A DNA stretch of 60,000 nt, taken from Amphiscolops sp. MND2022 (taxonomy: Eukaryota). Every line of letters begins with the position of its first letter. The stretch's first letter is position 1. Location of the stretch: the NCBI GenBank assembly GCA_964187785.1, contig OZ076409.1, positions 97,156,001 to 97,216,000 on the forward strand, written 5' to 3'. The position numbers were made by a program, and so were the translations under genes. The notes beneath the pieces are model-generated. The model searched no databases and was not told the origin of the DNA. It was given only the letters and a program-made list of their open reading frames with translations. Below are positions 13,120 to 25,794 of this stretch, one piece after another.

Positions 13120-14075
13120 ATCTGCGATAGCCTCAATAGTATAGAAATCTAAAATGTGCAACTTTTCTTTCAGTCAACTTTTGTTAGCGATCCGAGTCTC
13201 AATGAAAATTTCAGATATTTTGTTCGGCAGTGAGTATAAGCGTGAGATTCAGTTTTCTCAAGATGCCGACGGCACTTTGTTTCTCGTGCGATGAAACGAG
13301 TTTGTGGTAATTATGCATTCGTATGCCGAATTCATTGAGATGAAGCGAGCAATTAATCGTAATTATGCTTTCGCACGCATATGGAAATGAAGCGAACGAG
13401 TGTTTATTATTCGTTCCCTGAGAGCTTCGCCTGCATTCAGATTCGAATACGAAGCTTCGTCTAAGCTTAGCAAATATACTGTCTTTAGGCCGAGAAGAAT
13501 TAAACGCGGTGTAAACTGGTACAGTGGCTATTTGTGCTCTACATAACAGGATTGTTTAGTTACTAGATATGGTTCTGTTTTTGAACATGAAAGCCTAAAA
13601 GCAGAAATAATACTATTCTCTGCAGGGACCTATTTTTGGTATTTCTGTGATAACAGGAATACTATTGAAACCTCAAGGTTTCCACTTTCAGTAAAAATTT
13701 TTGTCGTGATTCTGGAAAATTTAGATATTTTGTTCAGCAATGAGTATAAGTGTGAGATCCAAATTTCTCAATCTGGCGACAACAATTTCTTCCTCGTGCG
13801 ATGAACCGAGCGAGTGGTAATCATGCATTCGTACGCCGAGTTATTGAGATGAAGCGAACCAGTATTATTTATTCGCTGGCCGTGAGCTTCGCCTGCGTTC
13901 AAATGCGAATGCGAAACTTCGTCTACGCTTAGTTATATTTGCTTTAGTGCGAGAATTAAAGGCGGTGTAAACTTCTAGTGATTGATTGTGCGCTATATAA
14001 ATGATTGGTATGCTTCTATTTTTGAAGATGAAAGCCTAAAAGCAGAAATAATAGTGTACCCCGCAGGGGCCTATT
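13120..14075 (+). mobile_element. Two tandem family-4 HINE-like elements
   Basis: 5' tatttctg..a.caggaata hairpin; 3' gcagaaata + cccgcagggg/ctctgcaggg hairpin + ctatt. Confidence 0.65.
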
Positions 14076-15528
14076 ATTAAAACTAGTAATCGAAATAATT
14101 CTAACAGCCTTTTACAGTTTTTTCACTTCTATTTTCCGATTGTTGATTGGATGCGAATCATGCGGCTGCAGCAGTTGATTTCGTAATCTGAATTAGTCAA
14201 CTGCTAAACGTCAATGCTATTTGCATGAACCAAATCGTGACAACGGTTGAACAAACGAAACATGTGAAAACTTTCCTTTCAAGCTCGGATTATTGTTACT
14301 GCGTGCATCAATGAAATTAGAAAAACATAAAAATTACAGAAAAGACGATCCCAGGATATTTTTTCAGTACTCCATTCAGCTAGCCGAGAATAATCTTGAA
14401 TTGACATTGTTGAAATGTGAAAACGTTGAAACAACGAAAGTGGTAACGCGGTGAAAAAGAATTCACGTTGACTAAATCAGTTCTTGAATGTGTTTTTCAA
14501 GCCCTCGTGAATTATGTTCGTTTCTCGTGCCATTCGGCACTCGAAAGTGAAATAATTCACTCGTGCTTCAAAGACTCATTCAAGAGCTACTACTTCATTA
14601 ACGCTTGCACTCATTCTTTACAAGCATTGTTTGAAAACACTTTGTTACGCGTCCTCAATTGAGGACGAGTTCATGTCGAGGTTTTTGCCGATTATGAATG
14701 ACAGGAAATACTTCACACAGTTTCATGAACGGAAATATTCGGAATCGGCTGAACCTGAGAATGATCATAAACTGGCCTTTTGTACTGCTTGCTGAATTCA
14801 GATTCATTTTTTGAGTAGTTTTGTGATGACGTGAATTGAGTTTTCAGCTGTCAAACTCTGTTGTAAAATATTTAAAACGTTTCAAACATGAAAAATACTT
14901 TTGAACGTTTTTAACCAACCCTGCCTACTTGTCTACATAGTGACACTATCGATAATGATTAAATTTGTCTGGTATCGCCAATTAAATGACACAACTTGGC
15001 TGCCAAAATAATAGATTTGCTGTTTTTCCCAGACATTTCTTTTCAGTCGTTTATGGTCTAGTTTCTGACTGTTCCATTTGTTTGTTACTTTTTACCATTT
15101 TCACATCAAAAAATCTCGTGTGAAAGATGATATCTGGAAAAAATTCAATAAGGTGAATGACTTTCATGCTTTATATTCCTTTGTTAAATTTTTGTACAAT
15201 GAAATATTTGGCAACAAATGAAAAACCGTTGTGCATGACATTGTTTTCCACGGCAGTTTTCCCAAGAGGAAAAAACAATAAAATACAGAAAAATAGTATA
15301 TTTTGTTTTAAAAAACCTGTTCAAAACTTTTTTCGTAAAAATGTTAAAAAAAACAACGTTGCTTCGACTCCACTCCATTGAAATTTGCGATGACAGTGCG
15401 AAATAATGAAGAATGTGTGGTCGTTTCAAAATAAGTTAACTTGTCCCATTTGCAATTGCGTTATTGAAATGGTCTCTGGGCTGAGAATAAGCTAAAACTC
15501 TGTCTAAACTCTGTGATCGATCATGTTT

Positions 15529-15941
15529 TTTAGTCGGCGCATTTTATCAGAATGAGCCTGACTATTACAGTTGTCCCTTACTACAGGGTCACCCTTTGAA
15601 TTTTTTTCGGCACTGCGACTTTTTTTCGAATTTTTTTTGTCGCCAAGGGGTCCGCCCTAAATTTATTGATATTTTGCAGCAAACTGAAGTTTCAAAAAGC
15701 CCAAAGGGTTTCCCTTTCTAGTTTTTCGGCACTATGAGACTGTTTCAAAATTCTCATTTTTCGTTTTTTTTTTCAAAAAAATTCTCAAAAAAATTTTTGT
15801 CTCCAAAGGGTGGTCCCCCTTCAACTTTTTTGATATTTTGCAACAAACTAGATTTGAAAAAGTCTAAAGGGTCCCCCTTTTACAATTTTGAAAACTTTGA
15901 GCCTTAGATATAGCGCCGACTTTAGACGTTCCCGTCTTGTT
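15529..15941 (+). mobile_element. Family-1 HINE-like element
   Basis: ttttagtcggcgc ... gcgccgactttagacgttcccgtcttgtt. Confidence 0.7.
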
Positions 15942-16917
15942 CAACAAGCCTCATACATATGTATATTATCTTCTGATCGTTTCCAACTAGAACATGTCTG
16001 AGTAGAGTAATCTAGATAATGCCCTATTTTACAAGATGTAGTACAATTCATTCCGATTCAGCAAGGAATGAGACTATCAATTTGTCCTGTCATCTTCAAT
16101 GCGATACGTTTCGTCAGACCAGGGTTGGCTGTTTTAAAACATTGGTTTAAAACATGGGTATGAAAAATGTTTTGAAACGTATAAAAACGTTTTAAAACAT
16201 TATCACCCCTTGAAAGTGACTTTTTGTTCATTACAATTGAGTTGCTTTGGTACTGTTGTTGTCGTTTTGATAGACAAGTTTTAGAGCAGGTTCTGTCATA
16301 CATAGCAAGCTGGCTTTCCTGTGTTGCCCAAACAACAAGAAGGACTAAATTGCTCTGTCCGATTGCATGTCTTCAATTAACTTGAAGAATTCTGAAATGG
16401 AGTGCTGTTTTCATCGAAACTCCATTTCAGAAAGTTTTTTAAAATAACATGAGAACTGTTATTTTTATTTTCCGCTCACATAAATGGGGGAGGAAAATCA
16501 TGATCTGTGTTGCGTTCGTTCCAAATTCTGTCATAACTCCACTCTTCACTTCACTTAGTAACTTCACCATTTTTTAGTTACTTGACTATATTACAAAATA
16601 GTCAAGTAACTAAAACAGCTTAGATGGGGGAATAATATCTAAAGTCAAAAATGGGAATAAGATCTAAAGGGAATAAGATCTAAAATGACTAAATTTTAGA
16701 TCTTATACTTTAAATTCTATTTCCCCTCCCAAAATAGCTATGGCTCAGTTGGTGAAGGCGGAAAATATCCCGGTGCTTGGCGGGCGTCTTGTTAGATTAA
16801 TAGGATAAAAAACCGTTTTTGCCAACCCGGTCTCAGACAGTGTTCCATAGTATTTGGACCATACTATCTCGAAGCGTAGTCAGTTTCGTGTAAGCTCTGA
16901 TTGTTTCTGCCTTTCAG

Positions 16918-17031
16918 CATCGAGCCTGAAGAGAAGAAAGAGAGGGAGGGAGAAATAGAATCGCATCAGGTGCATAACCCCTCGCTGAGTTCAGACAGAC
17001 CCAAAACGGCGGGGGGCAGGACCCCACGCAG
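16918..17031 (+). CDS. MFF: MFF-like coding exon 3
   Basis: ctgcctttcag| acceptor; phase 2-2; 114 nt open frame (S)IEPEEKKEREGEIESHQVHNPSLSSDRPKTAGGRTPR; ends at a CAG|GCAAGG GC donor. Confidence 0.75.
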
Positions 17032-17032
17032 G

Positions 17033-17493
17033 CAAGGGTGTCAAAATGAGAATCGTCGGGAAAATAATTGGCATTAAATGAATTGCAATTATTTATTTTT
17101 GAGCAAAAGCAATACAAATTATTCATTTTTCAAGGCAAAAATTGCAGCAAAATTGTTTTTGGTGTAGCCTACGTGTAGGCGTAGAAATCCTAGTAGGTAC
17201 TGGCCAAAGAGAATTGCGAGTTTACCGATTATCGGAAGAAAATTGTTGTCAACCCATCTCGAGGCCGAGGTGTTCTTGAGCTGAAGCAGGTATTTTTGGG
17301 ATGCACAAACTGTTTGTGAGATGAGAAACCACGAGGCTGATAAAATCAACGATTAATTGTGAAACTGAGATTTATTTTTTTCGATTTGACAATAATTGAA
17401 TCATTGGCTCAATAATTTATTGTTTCTTTTGAGCAATAGGAATTATTTATTTTTGCCGACAATTATATTGCAATACAATAATTAACACCCTTG
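17033..17493. mobile_element. hAT-type MITE that forms MFF intron 17032-17500 (Introner-like)
   Basis: TIRs caagggtgtcaa / ttaacacccttg; 8-bp TSD cacgcagg (17025-17032) / cccgcagg (17494-17501); subterminal attatattgcaatacaata shared with the MITE at 45444-45933. Confidence 0.85.
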
Positions 17494-17500
17494 CCCGCAG

Positions 17501-17605
17501 GAGAGACCACAGAGAGACGGACTCTGCAGTGTACAACGATAGTGTCTTCGAACACTCGTCCCCGGATGTGATCGCGCTCAGGAAACAAGTTCTCACCTTA
17601 TCCAG
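17501..17605 (+). CDS. MFF: MFF-like coding exon 4
   Basis: cccgcag|G AGA GAC...TCC AG|gttggt. Encodes RDHRETDSAVYNDSVFEHSSPDVIALRKQVLTLS, the start of the MFF coiled coil (cf. LRRQIIKLNRR). Confidence 0.9.
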
Positions 17606-17630
17606 GTTGGTCAACTGCAGAGTTTGACAT

Positions 17631-17722
17631 CGCTTATTTCAAATTCGCTTAACCGCTTATTTCAAATTCGCTTAACCGCTTGTTTCAAATTCGCTTAACC
17701 GCTTCTTTAAAATTCGCTATTT
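17631..17722 (+). repeat. 23-bp tandem repeat, ~4 copies
   Basis: cgcttatttcaaattcgcttaac repeated. Confidence 0.85.
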
Positions 17723-18267
17723 CGCTGAAAAAATTTTCCAAACTATTGGATGTTTGACTTGAATTATTTTTGAAAATTGAATGATAACACAATTTAGGTT
17801 CTGCAAAAAGTGGAATTTTTTATACTGTGTGTGTTTTACAAGAGTAAGAGTTGGAATTTTCGAAGGTTATTTTGAAACTCCGTGTAAGATTTTGAGGAAG
17901 TTTTGTTTTAGGACATTTTACTATTTGACGCTAATTTGAAGCGCCAATGAACTCGCTGAAAAATTCCCGTCCCGCCGCAAATTCGATAAATCGGTAATTT
18001 TGACTGGATTTTGATCTGAGCTCCCCCTTTTTTCAATCGATTGAAATTTATCAGACTAAGTTATTTATTCTTTTCCATGTAACTTTACTTGCTTCTCATA
18101 CAAAGAGGACCAAAGTGATAACCGAAATTTCTAGAAAGTGTAGATTTCAGCATCAAAAAGGATCAAGAAAAGACCGTTTAGCTGTAATAAGATCTCACTT
18201 AACTGTGAGAAATTAACTGTGCTGTTTAAATTGATTTAAACGAAGTGTTTTTAGACGGCATTGTTGG

Positions 18268-18762
18268 TAGGGGTGTGCCGGATGGCAAATTCTTGTTGCG
18301 GCCGGAACCGGACCGGATTAAAATTTTTGTTCCGGCCAGATAATTTCCGGGATTTTTCTTTTATTATTTACTTCTGATAAAACACATTTAGAGACAACAT
18401 TTCTAAGAAATATCAAAGTAATTTCAGCCTGTACTTAAGTTATGTTCAACTTATTCAAGAAGTTTTTTCCGTCCCACCATCATCCGTCTACTCGGAAAGA
18501 CTATTTTCTGAATATGGAAACATTTATGATGAAACAAGAAGTCACCTGTTGCAGCGAAAAACAGCGAAAAAATTTTGTTTTTGCATCATAATTTGAAAAA
18601 ATATGTGTGAATTGAAGTGTTTCGCTATATGTTTACGAAGGATCTTCAGTTTTATCTTTTTGAACGCGCCGGAATATCCGGTATAGTTTTTAGAGTTCCG
18701 GTCGGAACTGGAACCGGATATCTTTGGTAAACCGGCCGGACATAATATCCGGCACATCCCTA
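18268..18762 (+). mobile_element. Non-autonomous hAT element retaining a dimerisation-domain remnant
   Basis: TIR taggggtgtgccggat / atccggcacatcccta; TSD attgttgg / attattgg; internal frame VPPSSVYSERLFSEYGNIYDETRSHL...FLHHNL. Confidence 0.88.
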
Positions 18763-20349
18763 ATTATTGGTAGACTGAAATAATTGATCACGTTTTGTCG
18801 CTTCTCATCCGAGAAAGCATTGACTATATTTCATGAAGGTATTCGTTTGCAATAAATCTATTGTATTATTGAGCTCATAACTTGTAATCGATCACTGTTG
18901 TTGAATTTTTTGGTTTTGCTTTCTTGCAGCTCTTTCATCAAAAACTTCAATGGGAATTTTTGGATGTTGGATGGATGTTTGATGTGTAACACTATATGGA
19001 CGAGAAAATTTCCGGATCCATCCAAAAATCTGGTGCTCAAACGTTAAACCACCGCAGTATTTCCTAAATAAACTATTCGAGTCCGACAAAGATTTATAGC
19101 GCCTTCGAAAGAAGACAATTAGGGCTTCCAATCTGATTTCCGAACTACTGGGCTGGGGGAACGTAAGGTTTTTGAGCGAGCTCCGCCGCTTTTTTGCTAC
19201 TTGGCCGCACTTTGCCCGCGTCGATTGCAATTCCGCATGTTTCAAAATATGCGACGACTTGATACCAGTGGGATAAAGTGGCCCACAAAGGTTTCTTTTC
19301 CATACGTTCAGTAAGTGCCTTCAGAAGTTAGCGGAAACTTACTGGTACAAAATCGTCCATTGAGGGTATCATGACGAAAAAGCAAGAGCCTGAAAAATAC
19401 CCTAACTGATGAAAAAATTAGTTTTAGGACTCAAAGTGACTAACAAGCCGGGAACGGCCAAAGTTGGCGGCCCCGCTCATTTGTTTGATGGTTCTGAAAG
19501 ATGCAAAGGTACGATTGTTTAAATTGCATCACTTCTTCAAAGCCGAAAGATACTCGAAGGGATACGCATAATACTCTAAAATTTTTTCCCCAACTGGAAA
19601 CAACAAAAAAGCCATTTTGTGATTTTTTTCAAATTTTTCTGTCAGGAAAAAGTCTCATAGTGCTGAAAATAGATCTTTAAGCTCGCAAAAGGCATTTTAA
19701 AAGCCGAAAGCGTTTATGAAAGTGAAAGGGATACTTTTCGACAAGACTATTATTTTTCGAAAAGTTGCTCAGTGCCGAAAAGATTTAGTCCATAATTTTT
19801 GAGAAAACTCTTGCACAGGACCAAAAAATAATCAATGATGTCATTCTTTGTTTCATCCTCTCGAAGAACTAAAAAATCGAAAAGCTTTGTTACTGCGAAA
19901 TCAAGAGGAGGCACTTCGGTTGAAGAAATTCTTGAAAAAAAGTCGCATAGCATCGAGAAAAATTTTGAAGCGGGACCGTTTAGTCCTCCACCCTACTTTT
20001 GCCTAAGGAAAATTTTTTGGTTTAGTGCGAGACTCGAACTCCTGCTTCTCGGACCTCGCCAGCAGTACAAAAAATCCACGGTAACCACTAGGCCAAATTA
20101 GTCAGTTCTCCGGGCTTAAAAAATGGGGGTCTTACGTACCCCCAGACCTTATGTGCTTACAACGTCAACAATGCGAATATAGCGTGTTGGTGAGGCCTAA
20201 TGATCTTTACTGTATGAATAATATTTGCTCCATCGGTTTTCCGTAAAAGTGGACGGATCAGAGCTAGAAGAAAAAAAACTAGCTACTGTAAGAGTCTTGG
20301 TTTTTCTACGAAAACGCCGACTAAAAATGATAGCCTGAACACAATTTGA

Positions 20350-20830
20350 AACAAGCTGGGACCGGCCCAAGTCGGCGCCATATCTAAGGCTCAAAAATAG
20401 CAAAAGGACTTCAAAATGTCAAAGTATTGGTGAATTTGGAACCTTTCATGATTTTTTAAAAAAGTCTCACAATGCCGAAAAAAACTGAAAAGGAGGACCC
20501 TTTGGGATTTTTCAACATCCATTGTTGCAAAACTCCAAAAAAATATAGGGGGACCCTTTGGTGGAAAAATTTTTGAAAAAAGTCGCACAGTGCCGAAATA
20601 ATCTAAAGGGGGAGGGACCCTTTGGTCTCGTCCGGTATTGTATGTTACGCAGGAAAAAACCTTTTTTGTTCAGTTCCTTGGGCCAACAGGTACAATTTGG
20701 CGTCTTCTCAAATTTTTGTCGAACTTTTGGTAGGACTATTTTGGTCAGTTCAGGTGGTCTTAAAAAGGCACTGACGAAAAGCCATGACTATAGTCGACTC
20801 TTTTCTCAAAAAAAAGCGCCGCTGACTAAA
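20350..20830 (-). mobile_element. Family-1 HINE-like element just upstream of the MFF last exon
   Basis: Reverse-orientation termini; explains the spurious 5' part of ORF 20558-20965. Confidence 0.7.
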
Positions 20831-20850
20831 ATGGTGTTTTTGTTGTCAAG

Positions 20851-20965
20851 GAAGCTAGTGGCGTTGGAGCAGGACAACCGGCAGAGGGCCAAGAGAGAGA
20901 ACTACTTGGTCTACTCGGTGGCCAGTCTGGGCGTCATCACTCTGTGGCTGCTGTTGAGGAGGTAG
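20851..20965 (+). CDS. MFF: MFF-like last coding exon (coiled coil + tail anchor)
   Basis: tgttgtcaag|G AAG... encodes KLVALEQDNRQRAKRENYLVYSVASLGVITLWLLLRR*, matching the MFF C-terminus pattern (LEEENKERAKRE...TM...RR). Confidence 0.92.
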
Positions 20966-22617
20966 CACCAACCAGCACCACCACAGACAGAATATTCACT
21001 CCCAACAGTCGACACCACTATCAACGAATATGTACCAAAGAACATGAGAGCAAATATCATAAAAACCAAATTAGTCCCAGTGAACATAAAAATGAAATTA
21101 GTTTCAGATAACATAAAAATAAAACCGAATTCCTGGTAAAACAATCAATCTCAAGAAATTTTATTTGTAATTTTCATACTTTTTTCAGTGAATATTTCGA
21201 ATTGTGAATGCTTTTGACCACTAAAACTTTCTCGTAAATCATTTCATTTTTATGTTATTTGAAACTAATTTAGTTTTTATCTTACTTGCTCTCATGTTAT
21301 TTTGGAGTCCACCCTATCAACCCATAGCAGTAGCAGGACTTTAACTACTGTACTGTACCACCATACTGTAATAAATGAATTGGACCCTGATTGCAAAAAC
21401 TGAATTGGACTCCAAAAAAGCAGAGTAAAATCTTCTGAACCAAGTATTTTCGAAAACTGTAAACCTGAAGATCAACATTCAAAAATTTCGACATTGTACT
21501 TCGTTAAAAACTTAGGTCCGATTCATTTATCACTGTATGGTGTAACATTAACGTGTTTCTTCTACTCCTCTTATGGGGTGCAAGCCGCGAATTCAGAAAA
21601 AAGTCGCATAGTGTCGAAAAAACCGAAGAAGGATCTTTGGTCTCCCCTCTACTTTTGCAAGCATAAAATATTTTGGTCAAGTGCAAGACTCGAACCCTAT
21701 TCCTTCTGCTTCTCAGACCTCAGAAAATCCGGATTAGCCTCTGTGCCAAGTGGCAGTATTATAACTTACAAGTTACTAAGCAACAGCTCATAGAAACTTA
21801 TAAAATCTTTCAGTTCGCAGGTGTTATAAAAATCCACTGCTATTAACGTTTTAATGCTGAAGCCGCGGCTTGTAGAAGAAATACCGTTTCAATACTTGTT
21901 TTAATTTATTTTCCGTCCGTGACGTGTTGTTCCGAGGAGTTGCTCTTTTTGGAATCCCGATGCCATTCATTTTTTGCCAATGGTTTGATAAATTTGGAAA
22001 ATGACGGTTCGATTACAACTTTTTTAAAAAAACGAAATATGTTGCCACCATAACTTCCGAAATATGGAAAATCAGGGCATTTTCAACCACGGAAATGAGA
22101 CGGAAAAACGTTCTCGTTGCTATTATTGTCTACGAATTTAATTTAATAGCATTTTGAGCCATGCAACAATTGTCGTTGCGTTTATTCAAGTAATGTCTCA
22201 CTTTTACTACGTGATATAAATTTATTTGACAGCAATAAATTTGAATATTTTTCGAAGTTTCAACTATTTTTCATTTGCTACTCTTCTTTTTCCTATCTAG
22301 GAGACATTAGAAAGTGTACATGTATCCCCGCGTAAGTGGGTAGGAACTAAGAATCGGACCATTGTTTGTTATCCTGCCATTCTAACGGCGTGGGAGGGGA
22401 ATAAGAAACAAGGTTCAAATACCATCATGTCGTCATAGTTGCGATAGAATTTCGGTCCAATAAAAAACTGATGTCGACATAATCCTATCTTATTGATTCA
22501 AAGTTAAATATTGCTTATGTTGTTTTGCTGTGGAAAAAATAGGTTTAATAGGGGCCTTTCTAAATGATTTTGTTTTTTCAGGCGTTGCTGTTTTGGACAA
22601 TAAATAATATGAAAAAC

Positions 22618-23014
22618 GGGAGCGGGACAAAACAGCCGATTTTCAAAATAGGACAAAACAGTCGATTTTAAAACAGTACAAAGTCGCCGATTGGTAAAAA
22701 TAGAAATAGCCGATTTTGTCACTGCGAAAGATTAGCAGTCAATAAAATTATTATTATAACGTAGTCAGATATGTTCATATACCCCTGGTGCCCTAAATGC
22801 AGGAGCGAAGCGAAGCGGAGCGACGTGCCATATGGCCATGTCTCAATGTTGCTACTTGGCGACGGGAACGAAGCGACCGAGCCAAAAAACGAATATGAAC
22901 CTCTTCAAATAAATCAAGTTCCATGCATATCGGCTGTAACAGCACTCATTTTGTTCCGTTTTGAAAATTGGCTGTTTTGTCTCATTTTAAAATTGGCTGT
23001 TTTGTCCCGCATCC
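22618..23014. mobile_element. Foldback/MULE-like MITE with a nested repeat
   Basis: TIRs built of ggacaaaacagccgatttt repeats; perfect 9-bp TSD atgaaaaac. The centre (~22757-22935) is a separate repeat that recurs inverted at ~28190-28395 and partially at ~47500. Confidence 0.8.
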
Positions 23015-23829
23015 ATGAAAAACATCAGGGTCACTTTTTTCTGGAAGTGTCAAAACAGCTGTAGAGACAATCCTCTAAGTATTTATAACCATATAAAACT
23101 CTTTTGTTCGTGCAAGAATTTCAAGTTTAAAAGGTTTTCGTGTTTGGGAATACGGAACAAGGTGTACCTTGGGCGAAAATGAGAATCATGGTCCAAAGAA
23201 TCTAACTTTCACTGAGTCTTTTGTGAATCTGACGTGATCTTGCCCCGTGATCAAAAAAGCTCCCCAAAAAAGTGTTTCCAGTCTTTTGGAAACCGCTATT
23301 TCAATATTGTTATTTCGCTGAAAATGTTTTTCTTCGAGCTATTGAATTTTTAACTCCAAGGATATTTTAAAGTTGACTGATTACTCGAAATGCCCCCTTT
23401 AGAATTTACACTGCAAAAAAGTCACGTAATGCGAATTCCTCAATTTTTATTACGTATAAATTTCGAGCGAATGACAGCTGTTTTATGTGGTTCAATTTTA
23501 AAGTAAGCATTTCCAGTAAAGTTTTCATTATGAACGTTAAAGATTGGTGTTAAGGCAACAAAAATGATACCGGGATGTTTTCCTGACCACTAGTTTTTGA
23601 GATTTTGCGTTTAAAAATCTCGAATTTTCTCGAATTGCAATTTTGATACTTTTAAAATTTTGATTTGATTGCGAAGCAAAAGATTTCGTGGTAATTTTGA
23701 TCAAAACGTCAGTGCCTTTGTCCCCGAGACTTTTGTAAAATGAATGGAACAAAAAAAATTCGCGCTTTGAAAATTGTCGTTAGCCAAATCGACGTGTCTT
23801 AAGATTTTTGGAACCCTAGTCTATGACAA

Positions 23830-24710
23830 AAGAAACGTACCAATTATTCGATGGTGTTTACCACAATGAGGTAAACTTTAGACTCAGTTCAACTTCATTT
23901 ATTTTGAATCGATTCTTTGCAAAATGACTATCTTAGACGGAAATCTTTTTAGGCTAGACAATTATAACAAGCCGAGAACGGCCAAAGTCGGCGCCATATC
24001 TAAGGCTCAAAATTGAAAAGGGGGGACCCTTCGGGCTTTGTGAAACTCCAGCTGGCTGCAAAAAATGAAAAAAAAATGAAGGGGACCCTTTGGAGACATG
24101 AAAAAATTTCCCCAAAAATTTTTTTAAAATGAGATTTTTGAACAGTGTCACTGTGCCGAAAAATGTAAAAGGGGGGACCTTTTGCGATTTTTCGACATCC
24201 ATTGTGTTGCAAAATATCGAAACAAATGAAGGGGTGACCCTTTGGTGCAATCCAAAAAGTTTCAAAAAGTCTCATAGTGCCGAAAAAAGTGGGGCTATGT
24301 GGGGATTCTTCGTGTGTTTTCGAGGTTCTGGACGTCTGTTTTGTTTTTTCTTTTCGTTTTGGACGCGCTTCTGAGGTTGGAGTTGTTGAGGTTTGAAGTT
24401 GTTGAGGTTTGAGGTTGTTGAACAAATGAACAAAAAAGTGGACCTTACGCGTCTAAAAAAATTACCCACTGTAAGAGTCGGGCACATTTTCTACTAAAAT
24501 GTGCCGACTAAAAAGACGCAAAAATCGACTGTATTTCTACCTTTCCCTATATTTCTTGTCAGTGCCGTTTGCTTGCTAATTGCTTAGCCTAAAATATTTG
24601 CGTCAGATAGTCATTTTGCAATGAATGGAACCGAAATAAAAGTGAAGTTGAACTGAGTCTAAAGTTTACATCATTATTTTAAACACCACCGAATATTTGA
24701 CACGTTCCCT
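23830..24710. mobile_element. Long-TIR MITE interrupted by a family-1 element
   Basis: ~110-bp inverted arms (gtaaactttagactcagttcaacttca ... tgaagttgaactgagtctaaagtttac) flank the family-1 copy at 23967-24514. Confidence 0.7.
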
Positions 24711-25794
24711 TTAACTTCAATTTGGCAAAAAATCTGCGAGGTAGAGTGGAAATGTCTGGACTACTATTCGCTCGAGTTATGGAATACATCACTGTCAATT
24801 TAATGTCAATTGTATTTGTGAATTACATGGAAATAACACCTTACAATTTTTCTATTCTATACACTTTTGATGGTGAATCCTTCCAATATGCTAAAAGGCT
24901 ACTTTATGAAAATTTTGCCATCTCACATTGCCGAAAAACACCCTTTGGGTTTGACAAGACTTTTCTGACAGGCAATAACAGAAAATTCTAGAACTTTCAG
25001 AACAAGTTGCAGTGTCAATAAAACCAGGACCAAAACCATTCGCCTCTGCTAGAGCACTTTAGTTCTCGGCTAGTTCATATCGGCTGCCCTATCCGTTTCA
25101 TCGCATCACTGTCTGCCTTGAAGGAATCAAGCCCGGAACGGCGCCCACTTAGGGCTCAAAATTAGCAAAATACTCCAAATAGTCAATTATTCTCTTCCAC
25201 AGTACGCGAAAAACCTAAAGGCGGACCCTTTTGAGCCTAAAGTTTGTTGTTTAATTTTACTTCGATTGTATAACATCAAATATTCGAATATAGCGTGCTG
25301 GGCCAAATGGTCCCTTTTTCTAGATTTCGTAGAACTTCTGTATAACTGTTTTGGTCAGTTCGTGTGACTCGAAAAAACATTGAAAAGCTACTATAACAGT
25401 CGTGTTTTGTATTTTCAGTAAAGTGCCGACTACATTAGAAAACATCAAACGTTCCTTTGACTAAAAATCTTCGGATCTCTTTCACTATACCCCCCTTTGG
25501 CTCGTTATATTATCCTCGACAGTGCTTTTGTCCCCAAATGAGGACAGCGATTTTTTTCACAAATTACGAAACGCAAAATGCTTATAGGAAAACGAAGTTT
25601 TGTTTTTCTAATCAACAATCTATTGGACTACCTGGGGCGAGTTGTCATTTGTGTCAATATAGTTTGTTTTCCGTACCACCGGCAAAAAGGTAACTAGAAA
25701 AAAGTGAAAATTTGCAAAAAGATACTTTTCAGAAAACTCTAGTAACACAGTTTGTCACCATTGAAACCGCATATAGAAACTTTTTTAATCATTA

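Noticed and set aside
20558..20850. 5' extension of the MFF last-exon ORF
   Set aside because: It lies in a reverse family-1 element; the real exon starts at acceptor 20850.
20911..21144. Hydrophobic minus-strand ORF
   Set aside because: It is antisense to the A-rich MFF 3'UTR, so the composition explains it.
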